From: Lama glama
Lineage: Eukaryota
Assembly (NCBI GenBank): GCA_028534125.1
Contig: CM052817.1
Span: 48,114,001 to 48,178,000 of the forward strand
Direction of reading: 5' to 3'
Length of the DNA stretch: 64,000 bases
Made by a program: the position numbers and the translations under genes. The notes beneath the pieces were generated by a model that was not told where the DNA came from, made no database searches, and was given only the letters and a program-made list of their open reading frames with translations. Below, piece after piece: positions 1 through 12,260 of this stretch; the stretch's first letter is position 1; each line of letters opens with the position of its first letter.

Positions 1-109
1 TTTAAGAAGGCTACCAATTCAACTTAGTATATGACTTGGCCTATGAGTCCCCGGGGAAAAATAAACAAAACAAACCACACATACACACAAAAAAAATCCA
101 GCCCTTCAT

Positions 110-1230
110 GTAAATGAATCATCATGCAACTTCACAACACCAAGAATGAAAAGAGGATCCTAAAATTTTCCATCTAGAGACAAAAGAAGTAAGAGTTACA
201 CTTTGGAATTCTCTTAGGCAACACAAATGGAAGAAGAGAATGGAACTTGCTTTCAAAGTTCTAGAAGAAAATTTTTTTCAACCTACAATTCTCTACTCAT
301 ACAAATTACCAATCAAGTGTGAAAAAATAATAAGAAATTTTCAGGGAAAAAAAACAAAAAATCAACTTTTACATGTCCTTTCATGCAAAGTCACTTGAAA
401 CGTGGTTTAGCAAAATGAAAAAATAAACTGAGGAAAAGAGATACGTGGCGTCCACCTCAGGAGACCAATTAAAGTCAGTGCCAGAGCAGCAGCTGTGCCA
501 CAGGGGAAGGGCACAGCCGTGTCTTACAGAGCAGGAGGGTGGTCCAGGGGAGAGAGGAGCCAGCAATGAGGGAGCACCTGGGCCAAGGAAGTATCTATAG
601 GGTTTATTAGTGTCGTTGAGGTACTGAACGAGCTTGGGAATACAGTAACAATAGGTAATTTGGGGGGAAAAATGCAATTTACAACTCCAGGTTACAAAAA
701 CTATGTAAGAAAGAAAATGTGATTATAACCATTACACAGCTTTAGACTATATTTATATAGTCTTAATACTATAAATACTATTTATGAACTTCTGACTTTA
801 GAGAAAACTGATAGAGAAAGCACAGAATGAATGGATAGAGACAAGAATGTAAACCTAATCAATACTGACAATAAACAGAAGTACCAGTGACAGAAATCTG
901 GAAGTGGAAGTGGCAGGGACAGAGGCAAGGGACGGTAGGGAAGCCAATATCCTTTTCTGACACAGTAAGAAGTCAAAAGATCCCGCCCATACTTCCTACA
1001 AAAAGAAATAAATATAGGTTTATTACCTAAAATTACAAATGTAATTAATAATGGAACTAAGAATAGTGCTGGAAATGTTATTTGGAGGAAGGAGACGTGT
1101 TCAAAATCGGTAAAATCTTTTCTAGCAAAGAAAAAATTAAAAGATGAAGCAAAGGAGTTTGCTCTTCATTAGAAGTCCTTCTGTGCTCTTCAACTTCATA
1201 ACCATTTGCATGTAATACTTTAATAAAAAC
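110..1230 (+). mobile_element. Decayed HAL1/old L1 ORF1-like fragment
   Basis: A-rich strand bias and a degenerate ORF1-like motif (ttcaaagttctagaagaaaat...caacctacaattctctac); boundaries approximate. Confidence 0.55.
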
Positions 1231-2046
1231 ATAATACATATGTCTATTTATCCTATAATAAAGTTAATTAATTAAGCTACTATTATTATTTTAAGTCCCT
1301 GAGATTAAGCTGAAACATTACAGACTAGTAGCAATCTTGGGAGTTTTAATTAAATCAAAATTTCAATACAAACATGGAGATCAAGATTTTAAAAGAGGTT
1401 AAAGTCAATTTTTAAGTAGTTTTAAAAACATGCTCCATGAAACAATATTTACACTATTTTTTTAAATTATGGCAAGGGAAATTTTTCCTGAAGGCTCTGT
1501 CAGAATTATCAAATTCACCTCAATAGCTTTAGTCACCCAAATCCCTTGTACATGAAAAGCATATGCAGGGAGAAAAAAAAGGATGTCCATAAAAGTAAGC
1601 CATTTAACAGACGCACAGATCCTACATCTGCAGCCAAATAAATATATAGATATGGATGTCAATACCACTGCTGATGTAGATTTAGTTTATTAGCTTTATA
1701 TATGGAGACAGAGATAGATATAAAGGTTTAAAAGAATAACAGACACACTCTCTGGGCCGCCAGCTACAAACGTAGCTGCTCCTGGTTTATGGCTCACAAG
1801 CTGTGACCTGGAGAAAAGCTAGTTAAATTGGCTTCCTAGTGCAGTAACTCCTCATGGTCTTGCTGATGCACATCCAACTAGCTGATAGACATTGGGCAAC
1901 CAGTGGTCACAGATCACCCACAGCTCAGACAGCAGCCTCCAGGAAAGGAGGGAGCAAGGATCTCTGGGCCCATCATGTCCCTGTCACCTAAGTGGTCCTG
2001 AAAAGTATCCACATTTGAGTGTCCAAGCCAGCGCAAAAGCAGGGTG

Positions 2047-2601
2047 TGTAACAGAGAAGAAACCTGATGCCATATTGGGTCTGTTCCTCTAAGCTTTGTG
2101 CTCTGTTGCCTGTGCTTAGTCATGCTGGCTCTGCACCTTTGTCTAGTCAAACAGGTAAAGAACGTTGCCTATAGCCTGAAGTGTACATAATAGCAATGTC
2201 AAGGCTCTGCCCCCCAGGCTGGACCTTCAAAAGCCTAACACTTTTCATTCACGTAGAGATAAAATGTTGCAGAACAGAAAATAACATTTGTCTTGCTGAA
2301 GGTTTACAGGGACATCCTGATCAGACCTATGTGGACAGCTGTAAGAACAAAGGATTACCACGTCCCCTCCAGAGTCTGGCCAGCACCAAGAGGTCTGCAA
2401 CAACCAACCACACCCACTTCCCAATTAGAATAAAAGAAGCCTGAACTCTAACTCGGGTAAGATGGTTCTTTGGAACACTGGTTCCCTATCTTCTCTGTGT
2501 GCTGGCTTTCTGAATAAAGCTGCTACTCCTTGCCCCAACACCTCGTCTCTCGACTTACTGGTTTGCTGCGCACCCAGCAGCATGAGTTTGGAGCGGTAGC
2601 A
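2047..2601 (+). mobile_element. ERV1 solo LTR (MER39/MER34/LTR39-like)
   Basis: TG...CA termini, AATAAA near the 3' end, 4-bp TSD ggtg/ggcg; homologous to 6259-6772. Confidence 0.85.
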
Positions 2602-5600
2602 GGCGCATCACCTCTCCCAGAGTGCGCTGGCTCATACACTCACTTTCTCTGCCTTGGAGAGGTTTATTACACAGTTCAGCCAAAGTGACATCTAGGTCCC
2701 AAATGGTGAAACAACTCTGACATATCAAGTAATCCTGCAGTCCCTCTGGGGAATTCTGGCCAGAACTAGGATGGGCCCAGAATTTCCTTCCTACTGAAAA
2801 GCTCAAGTTGAACTGAATGCTTGCAGTTCTGAGTTGACACTGTCTCATCCAAAATCTCATCTAGTCATCTCATTCTAAGAAATCCCAAGGGTAAGAGTAT
2901 TTAACTCCATGACACAGACCTGCATGGCACCAAGTGCCAGGGCCATGATTTTTCTGACTGGTGGGTGGGGTGTATGGGGTGGTGGCTTGCAATTTGCCTC
3001 TCTCAGATGAACTAATGGGTCTATGAGGAGAAATATAAAAGGAACCCAAGAGATAACTTATGTTAGCATGGTATCATGAGAAGAAGACAAAAGTAGAGTA
3101 AGAAAACTTTATGAAATAAAATAATCATCCTTTACAGGATTGCTGTAAGGATTAAGCAAGGAAACACATGAGCAAGTGTCCTGCACAGATGTTCAATGTT
3201 AGTTTCTTCTCTTTCCCTTTGGCGTATAATCACATGCATAAATCTTCTCTGACTTCAAGATCTTTAGAAAACCGTGAACTACAATTGCCATGATAGGATC
3301 TTACCATTTGCAATTTTCCAGCCTACAGAGGTGAGTTCAGAGAACTGGGAGGTTGAATTGGGGAGCTGGAATTATCTGAGCTGACTCAAGAAATGAGGAC
3401 CGAGGCTCAGCTATTACTCATCACACTGAGGCTATGCGGTGACTTCAGGCAAACAAAAGTTAGAGAGCTTTGAACAAAAGTGTTGGATGTCCTACTGAGT
3501 GCAGAGGTCATCAGTAATTAGTTGACAAACCTGTGTAATAGGTACCTAACTTACCTATGTATATTATAAGAAGTTCTTTAGGTAATCGCTAATGTTTGCT
3601 GAGGACAATGTGATCTGAATTTATTCTAGCAACTGTCATTCTGATTTGAGGGCAATATATGCTTTTCTATATTTACTTCTGAAGTGGTATGGAGTGTGCA
3701 CTGGATGGGAAAAAAGACAGTGGTAAAATACATGAAGGTCTGCAAAACAACAGAAGATGCAGAGACTCTAAGAATACTTCACCAGGTCTAGTTAGACTGT
3801 TTAAAGATTGCCTAAATCAGTGGGCAAAGGTACTTTCTAGAAAATCCATTTTCTGCTGAACCAAGATGAAGAGGGGAAAAAAGCAGCGGAAGAGAAAGAA
3901 ACTGTATAAGTAATAATCTGAACCAGCATCAAAACGTTAGCTTCAGAAATTCCTCCAGCACAGTACTACTAGGAATTTCTCACAAGTTACACATTATCTC
4001 TTGAGCAGGAAGATAATATAGAGAGTATAATAAGTTTAAATATCCCACAGGGTAGATAGTCTGGAAGGCTGGGTATGTTATTAGAGCTGAGGCTCGGAGA
4101 GTCACAGAGTTAAAGGACTGAGAACACAACCAATTTTTATCCCAAGCAGTTTTTCTCCTCGAACAACAGACAGAGCTAGTCTCCTGAGGTCGGGTTCCAT
4201 ACTTTTGATGACAGGAAACTTGCCACTAAATGAAATGATCTGTTTTACTGTAATAGAGCTCATTCTCACATGGAGAAAACTGCCTCAGTTTCCCAGGTAA
4301 GTCGTAGCATCTGGATGGACCAAGAGATTAGGAGATGCCAACCAAAGCACACACCTGCTTAGAAAGAGCTGGCTTTCACTTAACTACACAGAACTTCTTA
4401 GAATGTACGTTCTCCTATGTCCCCAGGCCTAACTAAGGATTTTCATAAGCAGAAGCACTTACTTTTTACCCTTTACAATTCTCCAGCCCTGGGGAATTGG
4501 TCCCTGCAGCCCTCCCTCCCTCCCAAGAAGCTGGTAAACAAAGGTCCCTTGATGAGAAAGCCCTGCATCCTCAGACAGGACGGATGGGACTCCATCCATC
4601 CCTGCCAGCAGGGCCCGAACCTGGATTAGTCATTGATCCTTCTGAAAAATCACTGAAATTTCATGAATCATTGAATCATGAAAATAAAAATTACATTCAA
4701 ATCCTTATCTTAACAACAGGAGTCCAAGTCAATATCTTATTCCTTAAAATGCTCACCTACAGGGCCTGGTTCTGTTCTTTGAAACCTCAAAGCAAAGTTT
4801 CCTTTCCTCTATGTGTTTGTGTTAAGCCAGCTCTCATGAACCAACTATGACGCCCTTTCTCCAATTCCGCTAATCAACACTCCGATGGCCGAGGCAGGCG
4901 TCTCTCTATCTGATCACCTCCTGGGTGGTCTCCAGGTCCTCATTCTCCACCTTCAGTGTGACCCACTCTTCTCCACAAGCACTTCCCACTCTGCTCAAGA
5001 GATCCAGCTTCTCACAAACATCTCTCCCCTTGGTATAAACAAGTCTACCTGGTAGGTCTCTGAAATAGGTGTCTGCCTTGCTCATTATATTTTCCCAGGA
5101 CCAGCTGAGCACTAGCCACAGCGTGGTACTTAAAAATATTTAAGTGAATGAATGAATTGACCATTTGCATAAATTAATATAACACTTCAAAACTCTATCA
5201 CTGCAACTGGATATAATAAAACTATCACCACTAAAAGGGGAAGGGACATTCCCAATTCAAGGTGATAATAATCATTCTTACTTAAGACAGTAATCACAAG
5301 GATCACTGAGATTACTATAAATTGTAATAACTACCTACACAGCCTAGACCCCTAGCTGGTTAAGAGGAAATGCCCCTTTCTTTCAGGCTCTACACACTTC
5401 ACTAGAAACAGAGACAAAATTTATTCAAAGATGTCTTTTGGAAATTGGGGAAATGATTCAACCTTGACAACCTACAGCAATCCTAAAATCCAGGCCCAGC
5501 TTAAGTGTGTGCCACAAGAATCGATTTTTAAAGGAAGACTTATACTGAGGGAAAAATTCATCATTATAATTGGATTTATCCTGTTCCTCCTCCTCAAAAA

Positions 5601-6109
5601 GGATGCTGATATTAGTCTCTCCAAGACATTCCCCTAACAAGACTGCTCTTTGATTTGTAACCATGGTTACCCTTGCAGAACCCATCACAGTGCATAGCTC
5701 TTTTTGAGGCAAAAGCTGAGCATGGCCCAGAACCATCTGTGTGCTCTGCGTGCTCCAGCTGTTCCCTGGAGGTGATAAGAATGGGCCTCACAGAGTAGAA
5801 CCATCCTAGAGAATCACCCTTTTGAATGCTGACTTGTGGCCTCTCATTGAGAAACACTAGGAATTTCATTTTCTAACTTGAAACACAAAACTCTGAGTCA
5901 TCAGTGTCTATACCTCTTGTCAGCAGACAAGAGCACTAACTATGGCTAAAAGCAGGGAGACCCGAGGGCAGAGAGAATGAGAAGCAGAGAGGGAAATCAA
6001 AAGGAAACATGTCATCTGGAGTCTGCAAACCTGAGTTCAAACCCTGGTGCCCCATTCACTGAATGACCGCAAACACTCCTCCTGCCAGACAGGCAAGGTT
6101 ACAGTCATA

Positions 6110-6990
6110 GAACCACCTCAGATTCTCATCGCTTAAAACAACAGTGGTTCACTTCTCCCTCAGGATAATAACGTGCATATGGATTTGCTGGCATTTTGCT
6201 TCTACCTCTCTGTCCTTGGACCAGGACCAAAAATGCATGGAGCAGCCTTCACTAGACATGCACTAGGGACGAACAACTCTAACTCCCTATTAGATCTGTT
6301 TCTTTAGCTCTAACCCTGTGCTCTACTTCCTGTGCTTAGTTCTACATGCTGGTTCTACACCTTTTGTAAAAGAATGTTGCCTATAGCCTGAAATATACAG
6401 GATGGCCCATTCTCAAGACTCTGACCTTTAAGGGTATAACACCTTTCCATTCATACAGAGATAAAAAGTTGCAGAACAGAGAATAACATTTGTCTTGTTG
6501 GAGGTTTACAGGAACATCATGACCTGACCTACGTGGACAGCTGCAAGAACAAAGGATTCTGACCTGTAAGTCTGGACAACCAACCACACCCTCTCCCCTA
6601 TAAGAGGAGCCGGATTTCTGACTTGGGGAAGATGGTTCTCCAGAACGTTAGTCTGCCATCTTCTCTGTCTGCCGGCTTTCCAAATAAAGTCATTATTCCT
6701 TGCCCCAACATCTCATCTCTCAATTTACTGGCCTGTTGTGTGGCAAGCAGAATGAGTTTAGACTCGGTAACAGACGTACTGATGGTTTGAGAGAAAAGAA
6801 ACTAGTGAAGCACGTACTTGCTCTTGAAGCTTTCCCTGGGGATGATATCCATCAGTTCTCGTGTATCATTGGCCAAAGAAAGTCATGTGGTCCACTGAAC
6901 TTCATGTGGGTGAGGAGGAGGGTATTCATATATGCCCAGAAAAAAGAGACAACTGCAGAATTTGTGAACAACCCTCAAGTACTGTGGTAG
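6110..6990 (-). mobile_element. Old MLT1 (J/K-like) MaLR LTR split by the ERV1 LTR
   Basis: gcttaaaacaaca... on the left and cattggccaaagaaagtcatgtgg on the right of the insertion. Confidence 0.55.
6259..6772 (+). mobile_element. ERV1 solo LTR (same group as 2047-2601), nested in an older MLT1-type LTR
   Basis: TG...ggtaaCA termini, AATAAA, TSD gaca/gacg. Confidence 0.85.
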
Positions 6991-8339
6991 CATAACCTCA
7001 CTGAGCCTCAGTGATTTCATCTGTAACAAAAGGTCGGGGATGCTTACTTCATAGGATGTTTTGTGGGGATTAAATGGCACAGCACTTGGTTGAATAAATG
7101 ACAGCTGGTAGTAGCTGAAGTTGCCTTAGTAGTGTTATCTCAACCATGGACAGAAAGATCTGGTGAGCAAGAAATGGAGGTCCTAGCCAAGGAATCCAAC
7201 TCCCAAATTCTACCACTATTAGCAGCCACAGAAAAGCAGCAGAGCTCCCACATGCCAGAGAGGCTGGTTAGGTTGGGGATGAAGACTATGATCTAACAAA
7301 TTCAAAAACCATTCCTGCTTGAGGTTTGCATATTACCTCTCTTTTCAGTCTTTTCTCTCATTTTCAGGTTAAGGGTTCAATTAATCAGCAAATATTCACA
7401 AAGTGTCTGTGTATCAGGCAATACATTAGCTCCTGAGTAAGAAATAAATTACAGTTTTCTCCAAAAGAACCCCAATCTATGCAAGAAGAACCACAATCCA
7501 TGGCCTGTTAACAGCCCCACACACCACCAGCACCCCTCACCAAAAAAAAAAAAAAAAAGTCAAAGAAAACTAAGCCATACAAATAAGGAAATGTAGATGA
7601 ATTTGAGAAGAGTACCAAATAGTCAAAAACAAAAATGAAACTACCTATTGTTCAGAAGGTTTGTCTCAGGCAAATGGATACCACACATTCTGGTTAAGCA
7701 GATTGCTACATATTCTTTCCTTTCTTATTTGCTTTCAGATTAACCAGGTTCCTAAAGATGATAAGCACATATCTTGTCCATTATACCCTAGTGGGGACAA
7801 AGGAGATACAAGTGTGACTGACAGTGCATGATTAGCAAATAATTTACCCATAGCAAGAGCTGGGTGGATGAATGAGTCCAGCCCAACATTTACTGAACAT
7901 CCACTAAGTATGCGACACTGCACTTGGCAGAGGGGATTCAAAGATGAGGGGGATGTGGTTCAGGCTCTTTGAGCACTTTGCCAACCATGAAGGAAACATA
8001 CTTGTACTATGGTATGATGGTAACGTAATGGTGGGGAGTATGAGAGCAGAAATGAGGCACTTTGGTGGGATGGAGGGAAAAGAGAGAAATGAAGAAGAGT
8101 CTTCTGGAGAAAATAAGAGCTTCAAGGATAGGTTAAACTCAGTCAGGTCAAGTGGGAGTAGCTGCAACAGCATGAATAAGGAATAGAGAGATTGAAAGGC
8201 ATGGAGTCTAGGTATATGAAAATCCAAATTCTTGTAGCTTGTCGTACTAAAGTGGAAATGTGAAGAGATGATTAGAGAGTTAAGCAAAGACCAAGTCAAG
8301 GAACATCACACAGGTTAGAGAACCTGGGCTTGATCTTTT

Positions 8340-8490
8340 TCATTTTTTAATTGACGTATAGTCAGTTTACAATGTGGTGTTAATTTCTGGTGTACACTAT
8401 AGTGATTCAGTTATACACACACACATATATATATATTCCTTTTCATATTCTTTTTCATTATAGGCTATTATAAGACACTGAATATAGTTA
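8340..8490 (-). mobile_element. L1 3'-end fragment (cetartiodactyl type)
   Basis: ttttttaattgacgtatagtcagtttacaatgt...ctggtgtacac, the reverse complement of the L1 tails seen elsewhere in the window. Confidence 0.8.
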
Positions 8491-9454
8491 ACTGGCTACA
8501 AAGCCTGGGCTTGAGTGTACAAAGGACAGGGGGTTACCATGAAAGGTTTCTGACCAAAGGGAGTGCTATGTTTGGCATCTGTAACTTAGAAAGGTCCTTC
8601 TGGCAGTTGTGAAAGATGGACTTCAAGGAGTAAGAATGAAGGCTGGGAAAATGGGAAAATAATGAAATAGTTCCCACAAGAGGTAACGAGGATCTGGATC
8701 CTAAGTAGACTAGCAGCTGTAATGGAGAGTCAGGGAAAGGCCAGGATGAACAGGAAGGGAAACAGAAGAAGGGCACGGAGGCCAGAGGACAAGGAGGGGT
8801 ACAAGATGACAGGGGCTTCTGGCCTGCCAGGGGATGGGCGAGGGGCTACCGGAGCGGGGGACGCATTCAGAGGAGTAGAATTGGGATCTGAATTACCAGG
8901 ACAACTCTACACCATAAACATTCAATGTACCACAGAAAGAAAAGCCGTTATTTCTGAAGATTCTGCCAGTAATTTTCATCAAAGTAAAATTCTACTGCTT
9001 GCTGCCAAGAAGAAATTTCATTATTACCTTTGAAATTGATATCTGTAGCTAGAATATTACATTTGCTTTTCCTCCAATCTCTCTCACTCACATGTGCACA
9101 GACATACTAATTCGAGTAGTTAGATCTCCAGTGGTCTCCGAGAATTAAATCCAGACATTGTTTGGTCTAATAAGAGTGGTTTACTGTATATTTGCCTGAG
9201 AGATCCTCCATCAGTTTCAAATTAATCTAGTCCACCTCCTGTCAAACCACGGCCCCAGTGGTTTTTCAGTAGACCTTGAATTGGTAACCCCAGTCCTCCC
9301 TGACTATGAGAAAAGCTCTCTCCCTCCATCTGGAAGAGTACCCAGGAGGAGAGTATTTTCTGCACACTCGCCTTGCATAGCTGACATTGCTCTATGCATT
9401 GCCCAGAAAGGCACACTCCAAAGTCAAAGCTATAATTCCTGTTATAACTAGATG

Positions 9455-10385
9455 GTAGTCATTGGTGTTGTCCGCCAAATGTTTCTGAAATTCCACCCTT
9501 TGGGCACATGGTAGGATAACAGTTCTTTGGAGTTAGGTGTGGATATATGATTCACTTTGGCAAATGAAATGTAAGTGAAAGAATGTGTCATTGCTGGGCA
9601 GAAGTTATCAAGGCAACCTGTGAGTCACCGTAACTCTTCTTCATGGTACAATGACTGTGGAAGCATGAACCCAGATAAGGCTTCCACCAGCCTGGATCCT
9701 GCCTAACGGTGATGAGCACAGCTCCCTGCACTTCCACATTAAACATGAAAGAGTATGAGAAAGAAACCTCTGTGGTGTGAACTGAGATGTTTGGGGTTGT
9801 TAGGCAATTAAGTAAGTGGAGGCACCAGGTAGATGAGGTGGAGGAGAGAGAGGGTGGTCCGGAAGATGGTTGTATGCCCACCTTCAGCATAGCAGCTTTA
9901 CTTCCTCTAAAAGAGTGCCAGCAAGAAACCAGTTAAAACTGGACTGCCGTGAATGTGTGGCAGTGACAAGAACCTGAACAGACAAGACCCAGTGCTCATT
10001 GTAATGTACTTAGCATTGAAGTGTAGGCTCCCCCTTCACGGGCTTTTCTGTCTGCATCACAGGTAAGGACATGTGCAAAGGGGGATGGGCATGACTAAGC
10101 ACTCCAGGGGATAGAGCCGTCAATCAATCAAGAGACCATCTCTAAGTGAGGGTATAAGACAGGAGGGACCAAGAAAGACCAAGGCTGCCATTCTCTCTTG
10201 GATCAGTCCATCTCCTGCTCTTACAGGTGTGCTTTTGCTTTACTAATGAAATTTTTAACTACACAATGCCTTTGTCTCCCGTCTGAATTCTTCTCTTTTG
10301 GGCAAGACAAGAACTGAGGCCTTCCTCTCTTGGAGTAACAGGGCTAGTTGTCACTGTAGCAAAATCCAGCCTATCTTGACTACTA
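9455..10385 (+). mobile_element. MLT1I/J-like MaLR LTR interrupted by an ERV1 solo LTR
   Basis: gagaaagaaacctctg...ctgagatgtttggggt resumes after the insert as ...ctgtagcaaaatccagcctatcttgact. Confidence 0.6.
9798..10340 (+). mobile_element. ERV1-type solo LTR
   Basis: tgttag...gtaaca termini, TATA-like tataag, TSD gggt/gggc. Confidence 0.7.
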
Positions 10386-10483
10386 GCTGTCATGAAAGCA
10401 GCAAAGAAAGATGGTCAGGAAGACCAGCTCTTCTTACCCCCACAGATCATCCTCACTCTACTATGTTTCATCAGCGTTCTCTT

Positions 10484-10744
10484 GGGTAGGGGTGGGTGGG
10501 ATAAACCAGGAGTTTGGAATTAACAGATAAAAACTACTATATATAAAATTGATAAACAGCAAAGTCCTACTATACAGCACAGGGAACTACATTCAACATC
10601 TTGTAATAAACTATAATGAAAAATAATGTGTGTGTATATATATACACACACACACACATACACACACAAACTCTCTATGCTATACACCAGAAACTAACAC
10701 AACATTGTAAATCAACTATCCTTCAATAACAAATAAATAAATAA
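10484..10744 (+). mobile_element. L1 3'-end fragment
   Basis: ggagtttggaattaacagata...cagcacagggaactac...acaacattgtaaatcaactat followed by an A-rich tail. Confidence 0.85.
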
Positions 10745-10898
10745 TGTCACACACACATAGTAGACATCATTTCTTAGTGGTTCTTACTCAGTCTTCCCTT
10801 TCATACTTTCAAGTATTATCACTGAGCTTTATTTAATGTTACATTTGAATCATTTGGTTCTGTTATTCATTCATTTACCATTTGTTGATTTACTACTA

Positions 10899-11398
10899 NN
10901 NNNNNNNNNNNNNNNNNNNNNNNNNNNNNNNNNNNNNNNNNNNNNNNNNNNNNNNNNNNNNNNNNNNNNNNNNNNNNNNNNNNNNNNNNNNNNNNNNNNN
11001 NNNNNNNNNNNNNNNNNNNNNNNNNNNNNNNNNNNNNNNNNNNNNNNNNNNNNNNNNNNNNNNNNNNNNNNNNNNNNNNNNNNNNNNNNNNNNNNNNNNN
11101 NNNNNNNNNNNNNNNNNNNNNNNNNNNNNNNNNNNNNNNNNNNNNNNNNNNNNNNNNNNNNNNNNNNNNNNNNNNNNNNNNNNNNNNNNNNNNNNNNNNN
11201 NNNNNNNNNNNNNNNNNNNNNNNNNNNNNNNNNNNNNNNNNNNNNNNNNNNNNNNNNNNNNNNNNNNNNNNNNNNNNNNNNNNNNNNNNNNNNNNNNNNN
11301 NNNNNNNNNNNNNNNNNNNNNNNNNNNNNNNNNNNNNNNNNNNNNNNNNNNNNNNNNNNNNNNNNNNNNNNNNNNNNNNNNNNNNNNNNNNNNNNNNN
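10899..11398. other. Assembly gap (500 N)
   Basis: Run of N. Confidence 1.
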
Positions 11399-11615
11399 CA
11401 ACATTGTAAATCAACTATCCTTCAATAACAAATAAATAAATAATGTCACACACACATAGTAGACATCATTTCTTAGTGGTTCTTACTCAGTCTTCCCTTT
11501 CATACTTTCAAGTATTATCACTGAGCTTTATTTAATGTTACATTTGAATCATTTGGTTCTGTTATTCATTCATTTACCATTTGTTGATTTACTACTACTA
11601 CTAGGCACAACGGAG

Positions 11616-12030
11616 CAGCAGTTGTCAAAGTTTTGGTTTCAGGCTACCTTTACACACTTAAAAATTAAGAGTGTTTTTCTGGTTTAGGAATTAAAACTGA
11701 AGTTTAAAAAATATTTATTAATTTAAAATAACATAATAAGCCAATTACTTGTTAGCATTAGTAATATATTTTATGAAAAATAACAATTTTCCAAAACTAA
11801 AAATTGGCAAAAAAAGAATGGCATTGTTTCACATTTTTTACAAATGTCTTGACTGTATGGATTAATGTAAAATACAGCTGGATTTTCATGTCTGCGCCTG
11901 TGTTCAATTTGCTGCAATATATTGTTTTGGTTGAATGATACAAAGAATAATACAAAGACCTTCCAAGCCCTCTAAAAGGATCTCAGGGCTATCCAGGGGT
12001 CCCCAGTCCCCACTCTGAGAATCAGTTCTG
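11616..12030. mobile_element. hAT-Charlie (Charlie1-like) DNA transposon remnant
   Basis: cagcagttgtcaaag...ctgagaatcagttctg termini and internal cagctggattttcatgtctgc. Confidence 0.65.
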
Positions 12031-12035
12031 TATTC

Positions 12036-12260
12036 CAAGGGTCAGAAAACTTTTTCAATAAAAGGGCAATTAGTAAATATGTTAGGTTTTATGGGTCATA
12101 CGATCTCTGTTGCAACTATTCAATTCTACCATTGCAGCAGGAAAGCAACCACAGACAATACGCAAATTAATAAGCATGGCTGTGTTCCAATAAAATTCTG
12201 TTTACAAAACCAAGTTGCAGTATGTCAGATTTGGACCATGGGTCGTGATCATCCATCTCT
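12036..12260 (+). mobile_element. MER58A-like hAT MITE
   Basis: tctctgttgcaactattcaattctaccattgcagc...catggctgtgttccaataaaa. Confidence 0.8.

Noticed and set aside
2047..6772. Two related same-orientation LTRs 4.2 kb apart looking like a provirus
   Set aside because: Each has its own different TSD, they differ by many substitutions and indels, and I saw no PBS or gag/pol between them; these are independent solo LTRs.
10836..11435. Long ORFs of 172-199 aa in the ORF track
   Set aside because: Artifacts of translating the N run.
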